A stretch of DNA of 64,000 nucleotides, taken from the NCBI GenBank assembly GCA_038087875.1, contig CM075991.1:13394001-13458000 (forward strand), given 5' to 3'. This document shows positions 1 to 34,373 of this stretch, one piece after another. Numbering within the stretch: position 1 is the stretch's first letter; every line of letters begins with the position of its first letter. Both the position numbers and the translations under genes were made by a program. The notes beneath the pieces were generated by a model. The model was not told the DNA's origin. It saw only the letters and a program-made list of their open reading frames with translations, and searched no databases. The stretch is from Malacoraja senta. Lineage: Eukaryota.

Positions 1-2004
1 GACTGGTTATCACGCAACAACAGATTTTCACTGTACCTCGGTGCACGTGACAGGAAACTAAAGTGAACTGAGAGAGGGATTGGCCAGCTCTAGCATTTCC
101 CATTCATCTTGCCGATGGATTGACAACGACGCAGAGACACAATAGTTCACGGCAGTTCATGGTTCATTTTAATTACAGTGCGGATTGCAGAATACAAAGA
201 CCCAGGCACACATCGAGCAGAGACAGATGAGTATTTACAGGTAGCCAGATCACAGCGAGGCACCAAATGCAATGCACCAACACTTCTTTATCTCGTATAT
301 ATTGACATCAAGCCATGTACATCACATTGGATTGTGGTGCTCAGCAAAGACTGTCACGGACAACACTCCAGACACAAGCACAAGGGATGCATTAAGTCCT
401 GGGACAATATATCCTTCAGTTTAAGTGCTATGGTCACAACCAGTGGAGGTGGGAATCAATGGTTTATTAAACAGCGAAGGCAGAAACACCAATGACCTCA
501 GTCTTTAATATTTGGTTTTCATTTGTGTTAATCTCAAATTTGTTTTTTCCCCTGTAGAATGGGAGGTGTCCAGCATGAAAAGGCTCATCTAAGACATAGT
601 GAGAAGCATTTGGATATAATCCGGGCAGACTTCCCTCTGTACTCACATGGGGAACAGTCGCTTTGGAAAGGAACTTGTGGAATCATTTTAAGGTACAAGG
701 CAAGGGTCAGAGCAGACAAGAGAACCAGGGCCGGATCTAGGAATTGCCATTCACAGAGAGAGGGACTAACTCACAGAACCCGTCCCATGGACCAGAGCTG
801 TCAAAATCCTCAGTGTAATTGCAAAACCATTTGTGCAGTGCATTGGTGATGACAGCACTCCTCCACAATGCTGATTAGACCACGGTCGTGTGTGTGGACT
901 ATTGGTGATGATAGGGGGGTTCCTCTACACCGCTGATTACACCATGGTCGTGTGTGTGGAGGGGGGGGGGGGTGTGGACAATGTGGTTCTCAGGTTATAA
1001 ACAAGAAGCACGAGGAGCCAGGCCATCCCCAGCTGTGGTTCTCCAGCTTTCAGCCACTTCACATTGTGAGTGAACACAAGATGTGGCACTGCACGGCTCC
1101 TCTCGACTACCCGACGCTCAACGCTGAATAAAGGGAGCAAGGGAGGAACGCACATTCCTGTCCCCACACCCACACAACATTCTAAAACACTCGACCGCCA
1201 GCACTGTCGTCACCTTTGTGGTGGAAACCGAGCATCGGAATCTCCCACAAAACTCTGAACACAACATCATCTTTGGAGTTTTTTTCCGATAAAACCAGCC
1301 AGCACCCCAGATAGACTTCCTTCCACCGTCAGTCACTACCTTGTGGAGGGGCTTGATCCATCTGACAGGTAAACGGTGTAGACTGGTGTAGATGGGGTAG
1401 ACTGGTTTAGCACAGAGTAGAGTGGGTACACATGGACACCGCACCCCTGCCCTCACTGTGCCACCATGCCACTGGCAACGACTCTCTCCCCTAGACGCTT
1501 CATCAAGGATGGGAGAACCCAAGGCAGAGGTGAGGAGAGACTGGAATGTGGTGATGAGCTGACGTGTTTCAGCTTCAGGTTGGATTGGAGCAAGCAATGA
1601 TTATTTGGAAACACATATAGTTGCTTGCTTTAGACTAGAGATACAACGTGGAAACAGGCCCTTCGGCACATTGGGTCTGCGCCGGCCAGCGATCGCCCCG
1701 TACACTAGCACTATCCTACACACTAGGGACAGTTTACAGAAGCCAATTAACCAATAAACCTGCATGGCTTTGGAGTGTGGGAGGAAACCAGAGCACTTGG
1801 TGAAAACCCACATGGTCACAGGGAGAACGTACAAACTCTGTAATGTAAGAAATTCTAAAAGGCAGGAGAGAGAACACTGGTGATGTGAGTGAGTTGATAT
1901 TTTATCAACTCTCCCACGCACGCTGGCCCTGAACTTGCCCTGTCCCTCTGTTCAGCAAGTGGGGAATTGCTCAGGCGAGTATTTATAATGGTCACTACTT
2001 TGGA

Positions 2005-2295
2005 CAGAGAGTGCTGGAGTAACTCAGCGGGTCAGGCAGCATCTGTGGAGAACATGGATAGGTGACGTTTCACAGACACAGTGCTGGAGTAACTCAGCGG
2101 GTCAGGCAGCATCTGTGGAGAACATGGATAAGTGACGTTTCACAGAGTGCTGGAGTAACTCAGCGGATCAGGCAGCATCTGTGGAGAACATGGATAAGTG
2201 ACGTTTCACAGAGTGCTGGAGTAACTCAGCGGGTCAGGCAGCATCTGTGGAGAACATGGATAGGTGACGTTTCGGGTGGAGACCCTTCTTCAGAC
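2005..2295. repeat. Tandem array of a 66-bp Penelope-derived unit (4 copies)
   Basis: CACAGAGTGCTGGAGTAACTCAGCGGGTCAGGCAGCATCTGTGGAGAACATGGATAGGTGACGTTT. Confidence 0.9.
2266..2295 (-). ncRNA. Minimal hammerhead ribozyme motif
   Basis: GUCUGAAGAAGGGUCUCCACCCGAAACGUC. Confidence 0.65.
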
Positions 2296-2539
2296 ATGAC
2301 AGAGCAGCACGAGCCCTCTACACTGATACGGACAGTGGGCCACTAGAACGCTGGTAGAACCCGGAGTTCACCCTCAACCCACTGCATTGCTCCTTGCTGA
2401 ACAGAGGGACAGGTCAGGTTCAGGGCCAGCGTGCTTGTGAGAGTTGATAAAATATCACTAGTTACTTCACTCACTTCAACTGTGTTCTCTCCGCAGCCTT
2501 TCAGAATTCCTTGCAGTAAACTGTTACGTTTAGTCACGT

Positions 2540-2725
2540 AAGGTAGACAAAAATGCTGGAGAAACTCAGCGGGTGAGGCAGCATCTATGGAGCGAAGGAA
2601 ATAGGTGACGTATTGACCCGAAACGTTGCCTATTTCCTTCGCTCCATAGATGCTGCCTCACCCGCTGAGTTTCTCCAGCATTTTTGTCTACCCTCGATTT
2701 TCCAGCATCTGTAGTTCCTTCTTAA
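2540..2725. mobile_element. Penelope-derived fold-back element with 14-bp target-site duplication
   Basis: Perfect 64-bp inverted arms 2542-2605 and 2629-2692; ACGTTTAGTCACGT at 2526-2539 and 2726-2739. Confidence 0.85.
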
Positions 2726-3418
2726 ACGTTTAGTCACGTGCAGTCTTTCCGCTGACTGGTTAGCACGCAACAAAGAGCTTTTCACTGTACCTCGGTACAC
2801 GTGACAATAATAACAAACAAGGCCTTCCTACAATGGAGATCTACAATGTGTCAGCCTCTGCAGTACCAGCTAAAGATGAACCCCCCTCCATCCCTCCCTC
2901 CCTCTGAGCACAGAGATTAGACATTACACACGTGACACAGTGGCTCCCCCTGCCCAATGCCTGGCCCACCGTGCCCACTACTGCTGCCGTTGAGGGCATC
3001 GAACCAGCGCCTGGCCGGGTCCGCTGTGCGGCACGCACACACGTATACACACACGCGCACACACATACGCGCACACACACACGCGCACACACACACACAC
3101 ACACCTGTAATGGTTCATGTGGACACCGACGCTCACAGAGCTGCACGTCTGTTCGCCGAAACTAACTAAACCAGGAACCAATTTAAAATGGGAGGGTGCG
3201 GGACTCATGAACATAATGCAGGTGTAAAATGCCTGAGACCAGTGGAGCAATGAAGTCAGGCTGTCTGTGTGGGTGGGTGTTCACTGTGGTTAGTGCAAAC
3301 ATGACAAGTATTGGTGCTGTCCATGGTGACAGCTGGTACGTGGCTTGGCGTGGCTCCCGGCTCCCGGCTCAGTCACCTTGTTTACATCCAGTCCCATTGC
3401 CCTTCCTCTATTCCCATT

Positions 3419-24929
<21,511 letters not shown>

Positions 24930-25543
24930 CCTGCCCACCGACTGACCACTCCCCTGGGCACGGGGACAAAAGCAGAAAGGGAGTTAGTGTTAGAAAGCAG
25001 TGTCCACCTGTCAAGCAACTGGCCATGTGTACAGACTCACTCTCACCCAAGCAATGTGCTACTTGATCCACGTACGTAACATTATGAGAAGCATAAACAA
25101 CAGACGCACAGTCGGTTAAAGACAAAGTGGGCCGCCAGCCTTTGGCCCAAGGTGCAAACGTCAAATAACAGAGCGCATAGGTTATGGTGGGAGTGGGGAC
25201 AGGTTACACAGAGAATGGTGGTGCCTGCAACAAACTACCAGGGAAGGGGAGGGGAGCATAGATGACAGCAATGTTTCAGAGGCATTTCGACAGAGGCACA
25301 AACAAGCAGGGAGGTGAGGGATAGGGACCATGTGCAGGCAGGTGGGATTGGTTTAGATTTGCGCAGACATGGTGGTCCACAGGGTATGTTCCTCTGCTGG
25401 ACTCCAGGAGTGGAGGAGGCACAGGTCAACTCAACGCCACCAATCCACCTTCTCATGCAGATACATGAAGCACAACCGGCCGCCGTTTACTGCTTCCCCT
25501 CCCACTCTCTGGACCAGAAAGCCTTTTGGTGACATATGACCAA

Positions 25544-26030
25544 CAGCGGGTCAGGCAGCATCTGTGGAGAACATGGATAGGTGACGTTTCACAGAGTGCT
25601 GGAGTAACTCAGCGGGTCAGGCAGCATCTGTGGGGAACATGGATAGGTGACGTTTCACAGAGTGCTGGAGTAACTCAGCGGGTCAGGCAGCATCTGTGGA
25701 GAACATGGATAGGTGACGTTTCACAGAGTGCTGGGGTAACTCAGCGGGTCAGGCAGCATCTGTGGAGAACATGGATAGGTGACGTTTCACAGAGTGCTGG
25801 AGTAACTCAGCGGGTCAGGCAGCATCTGTGGAGCGAAGGAAATGGGCAACCTTTCGGGCCGAAACCCTGAAGGAAATAGGCAACGTTTCGGGCCGAAACC
25901 CGGAAGGGTTTCGGGCCGAAACGTTGCCTATTTCCTTCGCTCCATAGATGCTGCCGGAACATGGATAGGTGACGTTTCACAGAGTGCTGGAGTAACTCAG
26001 CGGGTCAGGCAGCATCTGTGGAGGACATGC
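25544..26030. repeat. Tandem array of the same 66-bp unit, interrupted by a fold-back piece (about 25830-25955)
   Basis: Direct inspection. Confidence 0.9.
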
Positions 26031-26245
26031 TTGATATACAACATATAAGACAGGTGATCACTGGTTGGCGTGGACTCGAAGGGTCTGTTCTCACACTCTA
26101 TCTCTAAACTAAACCATCACCCCATTTTCTCAGGAAGGACGACCATGGGATAATGAGAGTACAACTACCATCTGCAGAATGCTCTGCATGACCATAATGT
26201 CTTGTAGCCAAGGAATTAGCTTAACTTCATAGTTACTGACATTTA

Positions 26246-26423
26246 CTGCTATATTTAAGAGGGAGTTAGATGTGGCCCTTGTGACTAATGGGATCAGGGG
26301 TATGGAGAGAAGGCAGGTACGGGATACTGAGTTGGATGATCAGCCATGATCATATTGAATGGCGGTGCAGGCTCGAAGGGCCGAATGGGCCTACTCCTGC
26401 ACCTATTTTCTATGTATCTATGT
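26246..26423 (+). mobile_element. CR1 3' end (other short pieces near 15008-15180 -, 34558-34706 -, 26983-27200 +, 38500-38930 +, 48580-48845 -)
   Basis: Near-identical to 31209-31385. Confidence 0.85.
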
Positions 26424-28339
26424 ATCAGTGGCCATTGATAACAGGTGAAGGTGAGGTAGTAACTGAGCCCACTGTATTTGATACGGGCTAGAAACTTGCT
26501 CTAAGGTGAGGAGGAAAGAATTAATAGGAACTTGAGGAACACATATTTGACACAAAGGGTGGTGGGTGTTTGGAGATACAGAAGCCTGAAGTCCCACAAC
26601 ACCAGGTTCAATGTACCTCCAACCATCAGGTTCTTGAACGGACCCTCACGCTATCTCAGCAACTTGCATCAGCCAGTATTTAGTTTTCTAAATTGTGTTT
26701 TGCAATCTTTTTTTCTTTTTTACTGTTTGCAGAATGTATATGATTTATGATAGCGGTGTGTTGTTATCTGAGTCTGCACCTGTGCGTTAGGGTTAGGGGT
26801 AACTTGTCATTGCACGAGTGTGGTCAGGTTCAGGTGCAATGGCAATAACCTCAACGTGACTTGGATCACAATCACGATGTGAAAGCAGAATAGCTTCTAA
26901 CTGTGACAGCGCTGGATTTACACACGGCAACGTCACTCCCAGAACAGCTGGCAGCTGGGAGACACAAAGTGCACGGGCCACGTTATTTTTACACAGAGGG
27001 GTGGTGGGTGCCTGGAACGCGCTGCCAGGAGTGGTGGTGGAGGCAGATATGATAGTGGCGTTTAAGAGGCTTTTGGATAGGAACATGGATATGCAGGGAA
27101 TGGAGGGATATGGGTCACTTGCAGGCAGAGGAGACTTGCCATCATGTTCAACACGGACATTGTGGGCCGAAGGGCCTGTTCCTGTGCTGGATTGCTCTGT
27201 GCGTTTAGGCGTCAAGGGCTAGATTGGCAGAACAGCCTCTCACAGTTAAACCCACAGAATAATTAATAATGACTTAATAATAATAAATAATTAAAGACAT
27301 CACAGAGAGGTTACATAAACATTCGGCATCTGTCTTCACAATGCAAGACTTCCTCAACATACCAAATTAGCAGGAAATAGGGGATGGAATAGTGTGTGTG
27401 TGTGCGTGTGTGTGTGTATGTGGGGGGGGGGTGGGGTGAGGGGGGGAGGGTTGGAGGAGTGTGTGGGAAGGGTGGGGGGGGGGGCGAGGTGGAGAGAAAG
27501 TTCTGTGAACATGGGATTAGTTTGATTTCTGCAGCTCAGGGATCATTGGCTGTGATCTTCTAAACTTCCCTCGATTCTAGAAAGGGTCCCAAAGGATGAA
27601 AAACTAACTGTAACGGGATAGAGAGAGAAGGGGAGAGGGAAGATAAGCCAATTAGTTTAACATCTGTTATTGCAAATTGCTCAAATCCATTTTTAATAAG
27701 GCCCCAGATAAATTGCAACGTGATGGAAATTGTAGACCGGGATATTGTGTGAATGTCAGTGGTGAATCTGCCCGCCCGCCCGCCCCCTCCCTCCCTCCCA
27801 CTCACTAGATATCACCGCCTCAGGTTCCAGAACAGAATGGGGAGAGGTGGTGGGGTCAGAGGTGGGGGGGCAGGCAGGGTCATCATTACAACGGGACAGG
27901 TCAGGGGTCAATGTCCACCAACTCTGGTGGGTTGCAGACTCACGGCACCTTCTCCCCAAGGGCTGGAGACAGCCAAGGTCTGGCATAGAGTCTCCCCCAG
28001 CCCAGGGTGTGAGAGGCAGCACAGCAGATGCCCTCCCCTGGGCACAGACACTTGGCCACCACCCCCCCCCCATGGCATAACTGTGGGGGGGGGGGTGGGG
28101 GGGGATTGACAGGAGGAATACTGTGAGGTGCTGCCCCTCGAATGAACACACAAGGAAGGGCCGTCCACTTTGCCCAGAGATGAGGAGGGGTCTTCTCTCT
28201 GTCGTCTCCCAGAGAGCAGTGAGGAGGGGCCTCCCTCATCCTCACCTCTGGCTTTCCTCCAACCATCTGACAATCAAACAATCCATCACTTGTATCCACC
28301 TATCACTTGCCAGACTTTGTCCCACTACAGCAGAGCAGA

Positions 28340-31300
28340 GAGGCAGGGGGGTGTAAAATGAGGGTAGAAGCAATAGGTAGCAAGGTGAAAAGTAAAAGTG
28401 GCAGGCAGACAAAACCAGGGCAAAAATCAAAAAGGGCCACTTTTCAACATAATTGTATAAGGGGTAAGAGTGTTGTAAAAACAAGCCTGAAGGCTTTGTA
28501 TCTTAATGCAAGGAGAATTCGTAATAAGGTGGATGAGTTGAATGTGCAGATAGTTATTAATGAATATGATATAGTTGGGATCACGGAGACATGGCTCCAG
28601 GGTGACCAAGGCTGGGAGCTGAACATTCAGGGATATTCAATATTCAGGAGGGATAGACAGAAAGGAAAAGGAGGTGGGGTAGTGTTGCTGGTTAGAGAGG
28701 AGTTTAACGCAATAGAAAGGAAGGACATTAGCTTGGAGGATGTGGAATCGATATGGGTAGAGCTGCGAAACACTAAGGGGCAGCAAACGCTAGTGGGAGT
28801 GGTGTACCGGCCACCTAACAGTAGTAGTGGAGTTGGGGGTGGCATCAAACAGGAAATTAGAAACACGTGCAACAAAGGTAAAACCATTATAATGGGTGAC
28901 TTCAATCTACATATAGATTGGGTGAATCAAATTGGTAGGGGTGCTGAGGAAGCGGATTTCTTGGAATGTATGCGGGATAGTTTTCTAAACCAACATGTAG
29001 AGGAACCAACGAGAGAGCAGGCTATTCTAGACTGGGTATTGAGTAATGAGGAAGGGTTAGTTAGCAGTCTTGTTGTGCGTGGCCCCTTGGGCAAGAGTGA
29101 CCATAATATGGTTGAGTTCTTCATTAGGATGGAGAGTGACATTGTTAATTCAGAAACAAAGGTCCTGAACTTAAAGAAAGGTGACTTTGAGGGTATGAGA
29201 CGTGAATTGGCCAAGATAGACTGGCCAATGATTCTTAAAGGGTTGACGGTGGATATGCAATGGAAGGCATTTAAAAGCTGCATGGATGAACTACAACAAG
29301 TGTTCATCCCAGTTTGGCAAAAGAATAAATCAGGGAAGGTAGTGCATCCATGGATAACAAGGGAAATCAGGGATAGTATCAAAACAAAAGAGGAAGCCTA
29401 CAAATTAGCCAGAACAAGCAGCCTACCAGAGGACTGGGAGAAATTCAGTCCAGCAGAGGAGGACAAAAGGCTTAATTAGGAAAGGGAAAATAGATTATGA
29501 AAGAAAACTGGCAGGGAACATAAAAACTGACTGCAAAAGTTTTTATAGATATGTCAAGAGGAAAAGATTAGTTAAAACAAATGTAGGTCCCTTGCAGTCA
29601 GAAACAGGCGAATTGATCATGGGGAACAAGGACATGGCAGACCAATTGAATAATTACTTTGGTTCTGTCTTCACTAAGGAAGACATAAATAATCTGCCGG
29701 AAATAGCAAGGGACCGGGGGTTAAATGAGATGGAGGAACTGAGTGAAATCCAGGTTAGCCGGGAAGTGGTGTTAGGTAAATTGAATGGATTAAAGGCCGA
29801 TAAATCCCCAGGGCCGGATAAGTTGCATCCCAGAGTACTTAAGGAAGTAGCCGCAGAAATAGTGGATGCATTAGTGATAATTTTTCAAAACTCTTTAGAT
29901 TCTGGAGTAGTTCCTGAGGACTGGAGGGTAGCTAATGTAACCCCACTTTTTAAAAAGGGAGGGAGAGAGAAAACGGGGAATTACAGACCAGTTAGTCTAA
30001 CATCGGTAGTGGGGAAACTGCTAGAGTCAGTTATTAAAGATGGGATAGCAGCACATTTGGAAAGTGGTGAGTTCATTGGACAAAGTCAGCATGGATTTAT
30101 GAAAGGTAAATCATGTCTGACGAATCTTATAGAATTTTTTGAGGATGTAACTAGTAGAGTGGATAAGGGAGAACCAGTGGATGTGTTATATCTGGACTTT
30201 CAGAAGGCTTTCGACAAGGTCCCACATAAGAGATTAGCATACAAACTTAAAGCACATGGTATTGGGGGTTCAGTATTGATGTGGATAGAGAACTGGCTGG
30301 CAGACAGGAAGCAAAGAGTAGGAGTAAACGGGTCCTTTTCAGAATGGCAGGCAGTGACTACTGGGGTACCGCAAGGCTCAGTGCTGGGACCCCAGCTATT
30401 TACAATATATATTAATGAACTGGATGAGGGAATTGAATGCAACATCTCCAAGTTTGCGGATGACACGAAGCTGGGGGGCAGTGTTAGCTGTGAGGAGGAT
30501 GCTAGGAGGCTGCAAGGTGACTTGGATAGGTTAGGTGAGTGGGCAAACGCATGGCAGATGCAGTATAATGTGGATAAATGTGAGGTTATCCACTTTGGTG
30601 GCAAAAACAGGAAAGTAGAATATTATCTGAATGGTGGCCGATTAGGAAAAGGGGAGATACAATGAGACCTGGGTGTCATGGTACACCAGTCATTGAAAGT
30701 AGGAATGCAGGTGCAGCAGGCAGTGAAGAAAGCAAATGGTATGTTAGCATTCATAGCAAAAGGATTTGAGTATAAGAGCAGGGAGGTTCTAGTGCAGTTG
30801 TACAGGGTCTTGGTGAGACCACACCTGGAGTATTGCGTACAGTTTTGGTCTCCAAATCTGAGGAAGGACATTCTTGCCATAGAGGGAGTACAGAGAAGGT
30901 TCACCAGACTGATTCCTGGGATGGCAGGACTTTCATATGAGGAAAGACTGGATAGACTCGGCTTGTACACGTTGGAATTCAGAAGACTGAGGGGTGATCT
31001 TATAGAAACTTACAAATTTCTTAAGGGGTTGGACAGGCTAGATGCAGGAAGATTATTCCCGATGTTGGGGAAGTCCAGAACTAGGGGTCACAGTTTAAGG
31101 ATAAGAGGGAAAGACTTTTAGGACCGAGATGAGGAAATCATTTTTTACACAGAGAGTGGTGAATCTGTGGAACTCTCTGCCACAGAAGGTAGTTGAGGCC
31201 AGTTCATTGGCTATATTTAAGAGGGAGTTAGATGTGGCCCTTGTGGCTAAAGGGATCAGGGGGTATGGAGAGAAGGCAGGGATGGGATACTGAGTTGGAT

Positions 31301-31387
31301 GATCAGCCATGATCATATCAAATGGCGGTGCAGGGTCGAAGGGCCGAATGGCCTACTCCTGCACCTATTTTCTATGTTTCTATGTTT
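28340..31387 (+). mobile_element. CR1-clade LINE (HER1-like), near-complete ORF2: APE endonuclease plus RT, disrupted
   Basis: YLNAR..GITETW..GDFN..SDH endonuclease; YLDFQKAFD, GVPQGSVLGP, KFADD RT motifs; frameshift near 29445-29470, TGA at 30663-30665; 3' tail (TTTCTATG)n. Confidence 0.95.
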
Positions 31388-32196
31388 ACAGTCATTCTGA
31401 AGAAAGTTCCGACTCGAAACGACACCTATCCATGTTCTCCACAGATGCTGCCTGACCCGCTGAGTTACTCCAGCACTTTGGGTCATTTTTGGTAAACCAG
31501 CATCTGCATTTCCCAGTTTCTTCACGGTTTTGCCAGCTGCCATTAACTTATCCGACCAACGACCGCAGCTGAACACATCCTAATTTCTGCAATTATCGGG
31601 AACAAAAACTGTAATCTGTGAGATTTAAAATGTTTCCTTTGGTGAAGACTCACGAAGCACTCAGTCATACATTAGGCAAATGAACTAACTGCCTTCATTC
31701 ACAAAACATTGGCAGCAGGGAGGTTAAAAATAATTAAATGTGGATAATATTTGATCTTTGCTTTGTGCTGAGCAGGGAGCAGATCTACAGATCAGTGTAA
31801 TTAGCCCACAACGACAGGATCACGCACTGATTACAGCTCCTTACTGACGAGTGCCACTCAGAGTCTGATTATAACCATTACACAGTCACTTGCTGCCAGC
31901 ATGGGGCGTTCACTGGCACCGACCACTTCATGGATATTCCCACTGGAGTTACAGAGGCAGACAGATAGATGAAGCACGGAAACAGGCCCTTCGGCCCACG
32001 TACACTGTACTGACTATCACAGAGGCTACCAAAATGGAAACAGGCCCTTCGGCCCACGTGTCTGCACTGACCTTCATGCCCGTATTAATTCTACTTTATT
32101 TCCCCATTAGTCTATCAGTCTCTCAGCCACACACTTGAGGCAAGTTACAGTGGCCAGTCCTCACTGACACCTTCACACAGCTTTTGTTTCACTTAC

Positions 32197-32265
32197 AGCA
32201 GCGAAGGCAGAGCGGATTGTTGCTACTATTGTTACTCAGGAAGATGCTGAAAACTTCAGTGGTCC
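32197..32265 (-). other. Candidate non-coding 5' UTR exon of ADD2
   Basis: tggctgcag acceptor and perfect GTAAGT donor around 69 nt of unique sequence; no transcript evidence. Confidence 0.3.
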
Positions 32266-32337
32266 CTGCAGCCAAATGCAGATGTGGACAGATGCGAATC
32301 CCCTCCAGCGGTAGAATCACCTTGAGGCTCGCCATCG

Positions 32338-32478
32338 CTGCACACGCGTGTGAAGGCAGCTCCGTCCCTGCACACACGTGTGAAGGCAGCTCCGTCCCTG
32401 CACACATGTGTGAAGTCAGCTCCATCTCTGCACATGCATGTGAAGTCAGCTCCATCTCTGCACATGCGTGTGAAGGCA
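32338..32478. repeat. 30-bp tandem repeat, about 4.5 copies
   Basis: CACACGTGTGAAGGCAGCTCCGTCCCTGCA. Confidence 0.9.
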
Positions 32479-33796
32479 GAGACTAGGGCAGCGATCAGTG
32501 TTAGGGTCAGGGTTGGGGTCAAGGTCAGGGTTGGGGTCAAGGTCAGGGGTTGGGGTCAGGGGTCAGGGTACCTGCCCAACCAGTGCAGACCCTACAGGGG
32601 AAACCATCCAGCAGAGGGGTACGGGACCTTCCAGAAGGTTCCGTGTCTGAGGATTCTTCAGACAGTTCACGTTGGAACTGCAACTCCTGTCTGGGAGGAC
32701 ATGCACTGCACTGCCCCACAGCAACAGACCCAGGGGGAGACTTTACATTTCCTGTTGCCATTCTCAGAAGGAAAGAGATGTTGACAGTGCTGGAGTAACT
32801 CGTCACCTGCTCCGTGGTAGAGTTGGCGCCTCACAACTCCACACACCCGGGATCGATCCTGACTATGGGAGCTGTCTATGTGGAGTTTACATGTTCTCCC
32901 CGTGACCACCTGCATTCTGGGTTAATTGGCTTCTGTAAATTGTCCCTCGTGTGTAGGGAGTGGTCGATGTTCAGCATGCACTTGGCGGGCCGAAGGACCT
33001 TTACCAGACTATCTCTAAACTAAGCACATGTTGAAGGATTGGGGAATGGAGGGAGTGACATGGAGAGGAGGTGAGGCCTGGGACAGGTGGGACAGGTGGG
33101 GCAGGTGTGAGGCCTGGGACAGGTGGACAGGTGCGTGGGTGATGGGTCATATTGAACATGGGCAGGTGCGTGTGTGATGGTGTCTTCGTACAGCTAGATC
33201 GTTACGTTCACCCCAACAGTCCATTCACCGCTGCGCTGCCCCAACATGGGTTACATTCCTCTCCCCTGGTTCCAAAGAGCTCATCAAATCACCCGCTTAA
33301 TCCAGGATTCATTAAACTGATTTTAATCTCTCTCCCAGATTGCTGGAACACTGCAGAAAATCTAACAGGTCAGTGTACAGTTCACAAATTACAGTAATAA
33401 TCCCTCGGGCTGCAGCAAATAATCCTCCACATCTCTCGTTACAAAGGCCTGCCCGCCTGCCCGATGCACCATTTGGTATATTGTGTTGCCAACAATGTAT
33501 AGATATTCACAATGTTTCTATTGCCTACAGCCATTCTTAAACCGGTCTGAACCCCACACTAATCACGTGCCCCACATTGCCCATTCATTTATTCTTTCTA
33601 CAAACCCCTCAGGTTTTACGGCCAGCTACAATCTCCACTGCTATCCCATTAACACCTTTCACAAACGTGACTGTGTCACTCTCTCTTTCTGATATTTAAT
33701 TATTTAATAAATAATGTGAATGGTTCCTCTCTGCACAGATGCCTGATAAAGACCACATCTCTTAATTCCAGATTTAGTACATGCACATTATCCTCA

Positions 33797-34373
33797 ACAG
33801 AGCCCTAGTGAGACCACACCTGGAGTATTGTGTGCAGTTTTGGTCCCCTAATTTGAGGAAGGACATTCTTGCTATTGAGGGAGTGCAGCGTAGGTTTACA
33901 CGGTTAATTCCCGGGATGGCGGGACTGTCATATGCTGAGAGAATGGAGCAGTTGGGCTTGTACACTCTGGGTTTAGAAGGATGAGAGGAATCTCATTGAA
34001 ACATATAAGATTGTTAAGGGCTTGGACACACTAGAGGCAGGAAACATGTTCCCGATGTTGGAGGAGTCCAGAACAGGGGCCACAGTTTAAGAATAAGGAG
34101 TAGGCCATTTAGAACGGAGACGAGGAAACACTTTTTCTCACAGAGAGTGGTGAGTCTTTGGAATTCTCTGCCTCAGAGGGCGGTGGAGGCAGGTTCTCTG
34201 GATGCTTTCAAGCGAGAGCAAGATAGGGCTCTTAAAGATAGCGGAGTCAGGGGATATGGGGAGAAGGCAGGAACGGGGTACTGATTGTGAATGATCAGCC
34301 ATGATCACACTGAATGGCGGTGCTGGCTCGAAGACCAAATGGCCTACTCCTGTACCTATTGTCTATTGTCTAT
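33797..34373 (+). mobile_element. CR1 3' fragment
   Basis: [22 protein letters not shown] plus 3' UTR matching the 28-31 kb copy. Confidence 0.9.

Noticed and set aside
559..849. Plus-strand ORF behind an acceptor-like tttcccctgtag
   Set aside because: No recognisable protein and no partner exons.
2005..2295. CRISPR-like appearance of the 66-bp arrays
   Set aside because: There are no unique spacers and no cas genes, the context is eukaryotic, and the unit matches the Penelope 3' end.
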